Positions 44,004 through 51,738 of a stretch of DNA of 64,000 bases are shown piece after piece. Where the stretch lies: the IMG/VR virus record IMGVR_UViG_3300045988_171964. One strand, written 5' to 3'. Positions within the stretch are counted from its first letter, which is position 1, and each line of letters begins with the position of its first letter. A program made the translations under genes and the position numbers. The DNA comes from a virus. A model generated the notes under the pieces. The model was not told where the DNA came from, did no database searches, and saw only the letters and a list, made by a program, of their open reading frames with translations.

Positions 44004-45104
44004 ATGCAAGAACAAATAAATCTTACAATTCCGAAGGGTTGGAACCAATGTACTCCCTCCCAGTTGGAAGCCCTCGCTGCCATCATGCAGGAGCAGATAG
44101 CCAAAGTAGACCGCTATCACCCCTTCGATATGCAGAAGGTGAAGATAGCCGTCTTCTTCCTTTTTGCGGGGATAAGCATCAATGCCTATCCCGACCCTCG
44201 TCTGCCCCTCAATGAGCAACATTACCTGGTAAGCATAGAGCCGCAGAAGAAGAGCCTCCTGAAGAAGCTACTCTCCCTCTGCGCCCCCGTCCCCAGCGAT
44301 TCTATCGCTGGTCACCCCCAGAGTAGCCATTTCCCCCTCTACCTCTGGCAGCTCAACTATTGGCTCTCCCCGAAAGCCAAGACCGATAATAAGACCTCCC
44401 CTGAGTATATCGCTCAGGGCGCAGGTCTTCTCGATTGGCTGGATGCAGATAGCGGTAATTTTCTCACCCGCTTTCCCTATCCGATTATCGGACAGAAAGC
44501 CAAGTGGTATCGTCGTGCAAAAGCCTTTCGTGGTCCGAACCCAGACCTCGATGGTTTCTCCTGGCAGCAATACCGTTTTGCCAGTGATATGATGCAGACC
44601 TACACCAAGTTAAGCAATAACCTGGTAAAGATGAAGCAGATGAATAAGTTCACCGAGGAGCAACTCCAGACGCAAGCTCAGAGTGTCGCAAGTGCAAGAA
44701 ACATGTTCCTTGCTACCATCTTTAACACCACCACCCAGTACGTCGATCCGACAACAGGCATCACGAAATACGATTTTCATTATGAGTCCAAGCAGTTCAC
44801 CGAGAACGCAGGTTATTTCGTCAAATATCCGGAAGCCAACTGGCAGGTGATATTATTCTGGTGGAGTGGCATCATGCACACCCTAGCCCATCGCTATCCT
44901 CACGTATTTAAGGTGCAGAAGGTAGATAATAAAAAGCCGCAAACCCCGATGGAAATCTACACCGCCACCACCGCCACGATGCAGAAGTATGCTGGCCTAA
45001 CGGAAGATCAGGTCAATACTCAGTCCTATTCCCTCGTTCTCGAACACCTCGAAAGGTTGTCGAAAGAGAATGAGGAAATGGAAAAAATGAGGAGAAACAA
45101 ATGA
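44004..45104 (+). CDS. hypothetical protein; hairpin repeat H7 lies in frame
   Basis: 366-aa ORF. Codons APVPSDSIAG are encoded by H7. ATGA overlap with mini-ORF C1. Confidence 0.5.
   Translation: MQEQINLTIPKGWNQCTPSQLEALAAIMQEQIAKVDRYHPFDMQKVKIAVFFLFAGISINAYPDPRLPLNEQHYLVSIEPQKKSLLKKLLSLCAPVPSDSIAGHPQSSHFPLYLWQLNYWLSPKAKTDNKTSPEYIAQGAGLLDWLDADSGNFLTRFPYPIIGQKAKWYRRAKAFRGPNPDLDGFSWQQYRFASDMMQTYTKLSNNLVKMKQMNKFTEEQLQTQAQSVASARNMFLATIFNTTTQYVDPTTGITKYDFHYESKQFTENAGYFVKYPEANWQVILFWWSGIMHTLAHRYPHVFKVQKVDNKKPQTPMEIYTATTATMQKYAGLTEDQVNTQSYSLVLEHLERLSKENEEMEKMRRNK
44287..44313 (+). repeat. hairpin repeat H7
   Basis: CCGTCCCCAGCGATTCTATCGCTGGTC inside ORF 44004..45104, in the same reading frame as H1. 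Confidence 0.85.
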
Positions 45105-45232
45105 TAGATGTAAAGGCATCTGTACACCCTTTGAGTCATAAACAGAAATGGAAGAAATGGGCGGGGCTTTCTCCTGCACTCAGAGCCACCGATTACAAAT
45201 GCCCACACTGCATAAGGATAGAGTATGAATAA
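45101..45232 (+). CDS. m5C-MTase TRD-like mini-ORF C1 (43 aa)
   Basis: Hand translation: MIDVKASVHPLSHKQKWKKWAGLSPALRATDYKCPHCIRIEYE. It has an xSPxLxA TRD-type block and ends in the TATGAATAA junction. Confidence 0.45.
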   Translation: MIDVKASVHPLSHKQKWKKWAGLSPALRATDYKCPHCIRIEYE

Positions 45233-45356
45233 CCATCGTTTTTATCAATATCCACGAGGCGAGAATAAGGGCGGTATTCTAAATACGGATCTCTGCCCTA
45301 CCATTACCATCAATGCGTGGGAGTCGAACGTTTTTCTGATAAAGAAATATGAATAA
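45225..45356 (+). CDS. m5C-MTase TRD-like mini-ORF C2 (43 aa)
   Basis: Hand translation: MNNHRFYQYPRGENKGGILNTDLCPTITINAWESNVFLIKKYE. Ends in the TATGAATAA junction. Confidence 0.45.
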   Translation: MNNHRFYQYPRGENKGGILNTDLCPTITINAWESNVFLIKKYE

Positions 45357-45675
45357 TAACACCCAACCTCAATACAAGCGAGGAACGATTATCAAGAACG
45401 GAAAGAGATATGGCTTTTATCCTGATGGTTCTCTCTATCGGATATACTCCACCTCCGACCGTCCGTTTCTTGAAATCGTGGATATAGAAGGTAAGACCTT
45501 CCTACGCATTCGTCAGGCAACAGAGCAAGGTTATACCGATTGTCCTGCACCAGGTGCAGCCGATTTAAGCTACCCCTCTTCTGCCCTAAGACGTAGCCGC
45601 ACCGTTGGAGGGGGTAAATTGGTAAATGCACTCACGGCTGCCAGTAGCAATCCGTTTGTGTTTGTAGAATTATAA
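45349..45675 (+). CDS. m5C-MTase TRD-like ORF C3 (108 aa)
   Basis: IRQATEQGYTDCPAPGAADLSYPSSALRRSRTVGGGKLVNALTAASS resembles the ATxxGY...PxSxxRRGRVG...TLT type of TRD. Confidence 0.55.
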   Translation: MNNNTQPQYKRGTIIKNGKRYGFYPDGSLYRIYSTSDRPFLEIVDIEGKTFLRIRQATEQGYTDCPAPGAADLSYPSSALRRSRTVGGGKLVNALTAASSNPFVFVEL

Positions 45676-45704
45676 ACAAAAAAAGATTTATAGAGCAAAA
45701 CAAA

Positions 45705-47006
45705 ATGATAACAAAGTTTAATTTCAAGGATAAGACTATTAAGTCTTATGCCATCCGAAAGCTGACACCCTTCGAGTGTTTCCGACTGATGGGTGTTCGT
45801 GATAACGTGATACAAACCATGCAGAGTACCAATGCCCAGGCAGCCGAACGCATCGCCAACTACAAGGGCAAGGGCAAACCTGAAGATATGGCAGTATCAG
45901 CCAGTCAGCAATACAAGCAGGCAGGTAACTCCATCGTGGTAGATGTGCTCGCAGCCATCTATCAGCAACTCTGGTATCCGAAAGAGCCAAAGCGTGAGGC
46001 ACAGACCTCATTCTTTGCCGATTTCTTCCCAGAAGACCAACTCCCTACCTATCCAGTAGATAAGAACCATGGTGAGAAACTTATCCTCACCACCTTTTCC
46101 GGTTACGACTCGCAGTTGATGGCAGCCGATGTTCTCGCCCAGCAGCACCCTGATTTCCGCTGGACGTGCGTAGGCTGGAGCGATATAGATAAGTATGCCT
46201 GTCAGATGCACAACCTCATCTTTCCGCAGTTTGCTGACAAAGCCTTGGGCGATATAACCAAAATCGACTGGCAACAGGTAAAGAATAATGTGGGGGGGCA
46301 AGAAATCGACCTTTTTACCTATTCTTCACCTTGTCAGGATATATCGCAAGCCGGCAAGCAGATGGGGTTGAAGGAAGGTTCCGATACCCGCTCGGCATTA
46401 TTGTGGCGAGTAGCCGATGCCGTGGAAGTGTTGCGCCCGAAGTATCTGCTTCAGGAGAACGTGGCAGCCCTGGTAAGCGAGAAGTTTCTGCCCGATTTTC
46501 AGAAGTGGCTTGATAAGCTCTCATCTCTCGGTTACGTAAGCCGATGGGCAAGACTCAATGCCAAAGACTATGGTGTTCCGCAGAACCGCGACCGAGTTTT
46601 CTGCCTCTCAATGAGAAAAGATGTAGCCTTCGATTACCAGTTTCCCGACCCTATTCCGCTGAAGAGAAAGTTGGAAGATGTGTTGCAGGAGGAAGTAGAT
46701 ACAAGGTTCTTCTTGAAAGATGAAGCCGTCAGCAAGTTCCTCCAGGCAAACGATAAAGACACCTGCGTCTTCCATCAGTTCGATATAGAGCCGAGCCACG
46801 AGAACGCCATGGCATTGAAAGCCATCCTCACCCTTTATCTGGAAGAGACGCATCTTTGGCATTGCACTCCCCAAGAACTGCAGGAACAGCTTTCTTCCGC
46901 TCACGAGGACATCATTATGCCGCTGTTCAATGACTGGAAAGAGAACGGCAAGTTCGCAAATCCTAAGTTGGAAAGTATGTATCATCATTTTTTGGAGAAG
47001 AAATGA
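45705..47006 (+). CDS. DNA (cytosine-5)-methyltransferase core, circularly permuted (IX-X-I...VIII)
   Basis: Motif order: IX IRKLTPFECFRLMG, X YKQAGNSIVVDVL, I TTFSGYDSQ, IV SSPCQDISQAG, VI LLQENV, VIII GVPQNRDRVF. Contains a G7 tract at 46292-46298. Confidence 0.85.
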   Translation: MITKFNFKDKTIKSYAIRKLTPFECFRLMGVRDNVIQTMQSTNAQAAERIANYKGKGKPEDMAVSASQQYKQAGNSIVVDVLAAIYQQLWYPKEPKREAQTSFFADFFPEDQLPTYPVDKNHGEKLILTTFSGYDSQLMAADVLAQQHPDFRWTCVGWSDIDKYACQMHNLIFPQFADKALGDITKIDWQQVKNNVGGQEIDLFTYSSPCQDISQAGKQMGLKEGSDTRSALLWRVADAVEVLRPKYLLQENVAALVSEKFLPDFQKWLDKLSSLGYVSRWARLNAKDYGVPQNRDRVFCLSMRKDVAFDYQFPDPIPLKRKLEDVLQEEVDTRFFLKDEAVSKFLQANDKDTCVFHQFDIEPSHENAMALKAILTLYLEETHLWHCTPQELQEQLSSAHEDIIMPLFNDWKENGKFANPKLESMYHHFLEKK

Positions 47007-47194
47007 GCAAGAAAAAGATTCGCAATAAGATACCGAAATGCACTCAGTGCTCTGCATCTCTTAATTTCGTTGGTAATGAAGAGTATGGAGATAATGGTTA
47101 TAAGTATCTTTATCATTGTCCGAACTGCAGTGCAGACTTAGAGGTTTTTGAACCTTTGGAAGAAGATAAACCCCAATATCCATTTTGGCAATGA
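47003..47194 (+). CDS. small zinc-ribbon protein
   Basis: CTQC...CPNC four-Cys ribbon. ATGA overlaps at both ends. Confidence 0.5.
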   Translation: MSKKKIRNKIPKCTQCSASLNFVGNEEYGDNGYKYLYHCPNCSADLEVFEPLEEDKPQYPFWQ

Positions 47195-47340
47195 TAAAGG
47201 TAAGTTCTTTAAACCCGGACCCTATCTATCTTGTAGTAAGCAGATGTTTGAAATCACAGTATCAGCGAAACTCGATAGTAAACTTTCTGAAGGCTACAGG
47301 CGGTAGGGCTGCAACGGCTGTAATAGTAAGATATGATTAA
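47191..47340 (+). CDS. TRD-like mini-ORF C4 (49 aa)
   Basis: Hand translation: MIKVSSLNPDPIYLVVSRCLKSQYQRNSIVNFLKATGGRAATAVIVRYD. Ends in the TATGATTAA junction. Confidence 0.45.
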   Translation: MIKVSSLNPDPIYLVVSRCLKSQYQRNSIVNFLKATGGRAATAVIVRYD

Positions 47341-47506
47341 AGGTTTATTTTCATTAAGCATACATCATAAAATGCCGATAAACGTAGATAACGATTGCTT
47401 TCACTGTCCGGTCTGCACTCATTATCATAAGCTGGCATTATCCGATATTCTTCCTGGTTTAAAACGTAGGTGTAATCGTGAGGGTGCTGTAATTGTAGAA
47501 ATATAG
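47333..47506 (+). CDS. mini-ORF C5 (57 aa), Cys4-containing
   Basis: Hand translation: MIKGLFSLSIHHKMPINVDNDCFHCPVCTHYHKLALSDILPGLKRRCNREGAVIVEI. TRD likeness is weak. Confidence 0.35.
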   Translation: MIKGLFSLSIHHKMPINVDNDCFHCPVCTHYHKLALSDILPGLKRRCNREGAVIVEI

Positions 47507-47510
47507 AACT

Positions 47511-47660
47511 ATGAATAGTAATCGCCCTATCATCCTCGGCTCGTATAGCCCATCTCAAAACGGCATAATCGTGCATCCTAAAGGTATTGCCCTATGCCTT
47601 TGTGGAGGGGGCAAAGGGCACGACGTAGATAAACCGAAAATATTATTAGAGTATGAATAA
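47511..47660 (+). CDS. TRD-like mini-ORF C6 (49 aa)
   Basis: Hand translation: MNSNRPIILGSYSPSQNGIIVHPKGIALCLCGGGKGHDVDKPKILLEYE. Confidence 0.45.
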   Translation: MNSNRPIILGSYSPSQNGIIVHPKGIALCLCGGGKGHDVDKPKILLEYE

Positions 47661-47754
47661 GGTTATAATAGATAAAGGCAGCATTCCTCCTTCTGAAGAG
47701 AAAGAGGATGATCCTAATGATATGCCACCCCTCGTATTGATAGAATATGATTAA
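47653..47754 (+). CDS. mini-ORF C7 (33 aa), acidic
   Basis: Hand translation: MNKVIIDKGSIPPSEEKEDDPNDMPPLVLIEYD. It shares only the C-terminal xxLIEYD end with the other cassettes. Confidence 0.3.
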   Translation: MNKVIIDKGSIPPSEEKEDDPNDMPPLVLIEYD

Positions 47755-47923
47755 GATATTAGCCATTCACGAGGCGAGAACAGAGCACGCAAAGGAAGTA
47801 CGCAAGCAGACTGGCACCAACGATTATCGGGATAAAGCCATCTTCTTTCGTGACAGCTTCCTGATGCAGTGCATCGGTACCTTCCACACGAAGGATAATC
47901 TCCTTGCCTTCAGATATGAATAA
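47747..47923 (+). CDS. TRD-like mini-ORF C8 (58 aa)
   Basis: Hand translation: MIKILAIHEARTEHAKEVRKQTGTNDYRDKAIFFRDSFLMQCIGTFHTKDNLLAFRYE. Same type as C10. Confidence 0.45.
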   Translation: MIKILAIHEARTEHAKEVRKQTGTNDYRDKAIFFRDSFLMQCIGTFHTKDNLLAFRYE

Positions 47924-47932
47924 AGAAAAGTT

Positions 47933-48097
47933 ATGAAAGAAATACATCCGATAGTAGTAGGCTTGCTGAATATGCCTCCGTTTGATAAGCGTTTTCAGCT
48001 GGCAAAACGAGTGTATGCAGTAAAAGGCATAGCCCCTGCTTGTAATACATGTGGAGGGGGTGGACTTCAGCCCAAAATATTTGTGGAATATGATTAG
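47933..48097 (+). CDS. TRD-like mini-ORF C9 (54 aa)
   Basis: Hand translation: MKEIHPIVVGLLNMPPFDKRFQLAKRVYAVKGIAPACNTCGGGGLQPKIFVEYD. Preceded by the 6-codon linker ORF 47916..47936. Confidence 0.45.
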   Translation: MKEIHPIVVGLLNMPPFDKRFQLAKRVYAVKGIAPACNTCGGGGLQPKIFVEYD

Positions 48098-48272
48098 GCA
48101 AGCCATCATTACTCACTATCGAACCGAGGAAGCGAAGGCATATCGCAAGATACACGGCGACAGAGGCGGTTGCCGTTATAAGGATAAATACCATCGTCCA
48201 AGCCCATCACCCTGGAGTAACTGCATTTCCACCGTAACAAAAGATAATCTTTTATGGCAGCAATACGAATAA
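48090..48272 (+). CDS. TRD-like mini-ORF C10 (60 aa)
   Basis: MIRQAIITHYRTEEAKAYRKIHGDRGGCRYKDKYHRPSPSPWSNCISTVTKDNLLWQQYE (C-terminal part of track ORF 48051..48272). Confidence 0.45.
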   Translation: MIRQAIITHYRTEEAKAYRKIHGDRGGCRYKDKYHRPSPSPWSNCISTVTKDNLLWQQYE

Positions 48273-48412
48273 GAACCTGCGCAAGCAGAGGCAGAGCAGA
48301 TGGAGATTGGTATTCCAATCCTCACTCCCAAAGGTTAGAAATCGGGGGGGGTATCAGTAACGCCATCTCCTCCATCGCCAAGGATTTCATGATCATTATC
48401 AATTATGAATAA
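48254..48412 (+). CDS. TRD-like mini-ORF C11 (52 aa)
   Basis: Hand translation: MAAIRIRTCASRGRADGDWYSNPHSQRLEIGGGISNAISSIAKDFMIIINYE. The G8 tract at 48344-48351 encodes GGG. Confidence 0.45.
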   Translation: MAAIRIRTCASRGRADGDWYSNPHSQRLEIGGGISNAISSIAKDFMIIINYE

Positions 48413-48424
48413 AAAGAGGAGCCA

Positions 48425-48451
48425 CCGTTCCCAGCGATTCTATCGCTGGTC
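48425..48451 (+). repeat. hairpin repeat H8
   Basis: 27-mer identical to H10 and H11. Lies after the MTase array and 12 nt upstream of promoter e. Confidence 0.85.
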
Positions 48452-48461
48452 CCCTCCCCTC

Positions 48462-48498
48462 TTTGTCCCCACCAAAACCACAAAAACCCCTAACTTTA
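48462..48498 (+). promoter_or_regulatory. phage promoter e
   Basis: TTTGTCCCC, 25-nt gap, TAACTTTA (variant -7 box). Upstream of the portal candidate. Confidence 0.5.
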
Positions 48499-48592
48499 CA
48501 CTCAGAAATAGAGAAAAAAGCGGGCGCGCGTATATCGCCACCCTTCTCTCTTTCCATCACATTCAGGATAACATAAAAAAAGAAACGCAAAA

Positions 48593-50410
48593 ATGGCAAG
48601 CAAAAACAAAAACAGAGTAACCAACCTGCAGCAGCTCCTAAATCGTAGTGAGGAACTGAAAGATGCAGGCTATGTAGCCGTTCGCCCGGATGCCTTTACG
48701 CCGCTTAAAAATGGCGGCGGTAAAGTCTTTTCCTGGAACGACTACGTTCACGGCATGCTCCTAACCACAGCCGGTATGTCGGCAAGCGGTGGCGACACAG
48801 GCGGTTCTGCAGCACGTCAGCAAGTCTCCACTATCTTTGCATCGAGTGGCGGCGAGAACCTGGGTAAACCGAAGGACGTAGGTACCGAAGGCTTAGGCTT
48901 TATGGAATGGGGTATGGCCAACCGACTGCCAAATCTTATCTGGATGCTTTCCCGTATGTCGCCTTTTACAGCAGCAGGAGTAGATTACATCAAGAAGATA
49001 CTGGTAGGTCGCGGTCCCGCAGCCAAGTATCATTACACCCAGTACGTTGGCGGTAACATCACGGAGAAGTATATCCCCTACGAGAGCGCAGGAGTTCTTC
49101 TCCGAGGTCAGATAGCTGACCTCAAAGCCAAGGAAGAGGCAGCCGCCGAAGCCAAGCGCCAGAACGAGCAGCAGAACCAGAACGGGCAGTCTCAACAGGA
49201 GGAGTCTCCGTTCTCTGCGGTTCAATCGCAGGTCTTATCCACCGATGAAGAGGAAAGCGAGGAGATGAAATCCCTGAAAGAAGCACTCCACAAATGGGAA
49301 GAAACCAATGCCCAGCTTCGTGATTTCTTAGAAAACAACGACCTGATGCAGACCTTCCTCGATTTGGCAGGAGATATGGCTTTGATGTCACAATGCTTTG
49401 TAGAACTTCAGCTTAATCAGCGTTCCCTCGACGAGAACGGCAAAGCTGTTCCCACCGCTCAATGGACTCCGAAGGTGATCGGTCTGAAGCATCGCAGTAT
49501 CTTCACTACCCGACTGGAGCGCATGGACGAGAACTACCGCATCAACTATGCCTACGTCAGCAATCAGTGGCTCGACCCTACCCAATACGTCGGTGTGCAG
49601 AAAGAGGAAGACCGCAAGATAGCGGCTATCCCTTATCTCCCTACCCCATCAGCCGTGAAGGATTTGCAGCGCAAGATACGCGAGGCACGTCAGAAGAACG
49701 TAAGCCGCAAGAAACGCCCTACTCGCTTCATCATGTCGCCAAGAGATTTCGGCGGTCCATACTATGCCGATGCCCTTTGGCACTCCATCTTTGCCGGCAG
49801 CATTTTTGAGTATGCCTTCACCATCGTAGATGACCGCCTTACCCGAAAGCGCAACAGTAACATCATCGGTAGAGTTATCTATATCCATCAGGACTATATC
49901 AGCAGGCTCTATCAGCAGCAGGGTGAGAAGAAAAAGAAGACCCAGGGCGAGATTCAGAACGAAATCTTTACCTCTATCAATACCTGGCTCTCTAACCCCG
50001 ATAATGCTGGTCAGGCGCTCATTTCCTCTGCCTTCACGGGCAGCGATGGGAATGAGCACAAAGCTTGGGAAATCGTAGAAATCGAAACCAAGGCAAATGA
50101 TCAGGCGAATGCCGACAAAACCGAGTTGCAGGAAATAAGCAGCATCATCTTCTTTGCCATGGGACTTGATGCAAAGCTCATTGGTAATACCCCTGGCGAT
50201 ACGGCATCATCGGGCGGTACAGACCTGAGAGAGCGCTTCCTTGTCAAGCAAATCCAGTTTGCTCCTTTACAGCAGTTAATGATACGCCCGTTGGAAGTTT
50301 TGAGCCGATTCAACGATTGGGATGAGCACCTGGTATGGCAGATAGACCGAGAGGTATTGACCACCCTCGATAACTCGAAGACCGGAGTGGCGAAACAAGA
50401 GGCCTCTTAA
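48593..50410 (+). CDS. portal protein candidate
   Basis: 605 aa, first gene after promoter e and at the head of a structural operon. The call rests on size and position only. Confidence 0.35.
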   Translation: MASKNKNRVTNLQQLLNRSEELKDAGYVAVRPDAFTPLKNGGGKVFSWNDYVHGMLLTTAGMSASGGDTGGSAARQQVSTIFASSGGENLGKPKDVGTEGLGFMEWGMANRLPNLIWMLSRMSPFTAAGVDYIKKILVGRGPAAKYHYTQYVGGNITEKYIPYESAGVLLRGQIADLKAKEEAAAEAKRQNEQQNQNGQSQQEESPFSAVQSQVLSTDEEESEEMKSLKEALHKWEETNAQLRDFLENNDLMQTFLDLAGDMALMSQCFVELQLNQRSLDENGKAVPTAQWTPKVIGLKHRSIFTTRLERMDENYRINYAYVSNQWLDPTQYVGVQKEEDRKIAAIPYLPTPSAVKDLQRKIREARQKNVSRKKRPTRFIMSPRDFGGPYYADALWHSIFAGSIFEYAFTIVDDRLTRKRNSNIIGRVIYIHQDYISRLYQQQGEKKKKTQGEIQNEIFTSINTWLSNPDNAGQALISSAFTGSDGNEHKAWEIVEIETKANDQANADKTELQEISSIIFFAMGLDAKLIGNTPGDTASSGGTDLRERFLVKQIQFAPLQQLMIRPLEVLSRFNDWDEHLVWQIDREVLTTLDNSKTGVAKQEAS

Positions 50411-50452
50411 AGGTAAAAAAGTAAAAAAGTAAAAAGGTAAAAAATAAGAAAT

Positions 50453-51604
50453 ATGATACTCTCTACAAATCAAGAACTCCGGCTACAGATCCCGAGCAAT
50501 GCCGTGGACGATGTGGCCAACTTGCAAGGTATGCTTGATAATAGCGAGAAGGACTTTTTGAAACCTCGCTTAGGGGCATCACTCTATGACCGACTTTGCA
50601 AGTATTATGCAAGCATTGAGCCTTCTGATTTCTGTGATACAGTCATCAATGGCAATTATACTGATAATCCTTGGAGCGAACTTCTGGTTTATGCACAGCG
50701 CATGGTTGCAAATGATGCAATGGCGCAGAATGTAGAAAAACAGGTTCTCTCTATCAATGGCTCCGGTATTAACGTGGCTTCCAGCAGTGACTTTGCCGCG
50801 GCTACCAAAGACCAGATAGCACAGGGCAAAGGAAGTTTCCGAGAGACCGCCATGACTTCTCTTAATAATATGCTTTCCCTCTTAGAGGGATGGGCAAGGA
50901 AGGTGAATACTCCTATGCTTATCGAGGCAGCGGGCGATGGTACAGAAGGCAGTACTCCTTCTGATGGCAGCAATCAAGGTCCCTCATCAGAAGGAACGGA
51001 TAGCGGTAATGATACCGCAACCGAAGCCGAGACCAAACGGCATGAAGCAATAGAGGAAATTGTAACCCTGTGGCAGGAAAGTAAGTACTATTACTATCAT
51101 AAAAACTTGCTTTTCCCTACCTGTGAGTCCTTATATCCGTTTCTCGATATTCGCGATAACAGAGATAAGTTCATTCGCCTTATTCCCGATATGCGCTTTA
51201 TTCAGAGTGAATACCTGGAAGAAGCATTTGGCGAAGATTTCATCCCTCGCCTCTTACAGGCGAGCGAAGATGACAAGATGTTGGATAAGGCACGTCAGCT
51301 TGTAGCCGCCTATCTCAAGGAACGTACATCAGTTATCAGTTTTGATAAGCTGACCCGCTCTACGGCGCATAATGATGCCATTACCGTAAGGGAAAGCATT
51401 CATCGGTTACTGAAGAAAGAGGAAGCCGAGAAGCAAGCCAAACTCGATGCAGCCAAAGCGGAAAACGCATCAGAAGGCAGCACTCCTTCCTCATCTACGA
51501 GTAACGCCTCTAGCACTTCATCATCGGGCAGCAAGGATAGCAGCGAAGGCTACGAGAACAACCAAAAGGGTTCGCGTATCTTCGTAACGCCTATCCTGTG
51601 CTAA
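50453..51604 (+). CDS. hypothetical structural protein
   Basis: 383 aa with Ser/Thr/Gly-rich acidic stretches. Confidence 0.45.
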   Translation: MILSTNQELRLQIPSNAVDDVANLQGMLDNSEKDFLKPRLGASLYDRLCKYYASIEPSDFCDTVINGNYTDNPWSELLVYAQRMVANDAMAQNVEKQVLSINGSGINVASSSDFAAATKDQIAQGKGSFRETAMTSLNNMLSLLEGWARKVNTPMLIEAAGDGTEGSTPSDGSNQGPSSEGTDSGNDTATEAETKRHEAIEEIVTLWQESKYYYYHKNLLFPTCESLYPFLDIRDNRDKFIRLIPDMRFIQSEYLEEAFGEDFIPRLLQASEDDKMLDKARQLVAAYLKERTSVISFDKLTRSTAHNDAITVRESIHRLLKKEEAEKQAKLDAAKAENASEGSTPSSSTSNASSTSSSGSKDSSEGYENNQKGSRIFVTPILC

Positions 51605-51738
51605 AAAAGGCTTATTTTCGGTTTAATGTCGTATTAAGCGTCTTCAAAACCGCTTAATTTGACGTTTAATCGGGGATCAAGCCAAAAACAGGTAAAAAAT
51701 ATTCTTAATTTTCAAATAAACATCAGAAACAAGGATTT

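Noticed and set aside
45101-48412. Stop-codon reassignment or suppressor read-through as an explanation for the MTase mini-ORFs
   Set aside because: The rest of the window, including a 2072-aa ORF, is open in the standard code with all three stop codons used as stops. Successive cassettes are in different frames, so read-through would not join them.
48405-48620. 71-aa ORF after cassette C11 (similarly 29209..29451)
   Set aside because: It spans hairpin H8 and promoter e and overlaps the start of the portal candidate. 29209..29451 spans inverted repeats, H4 and a -7 box.
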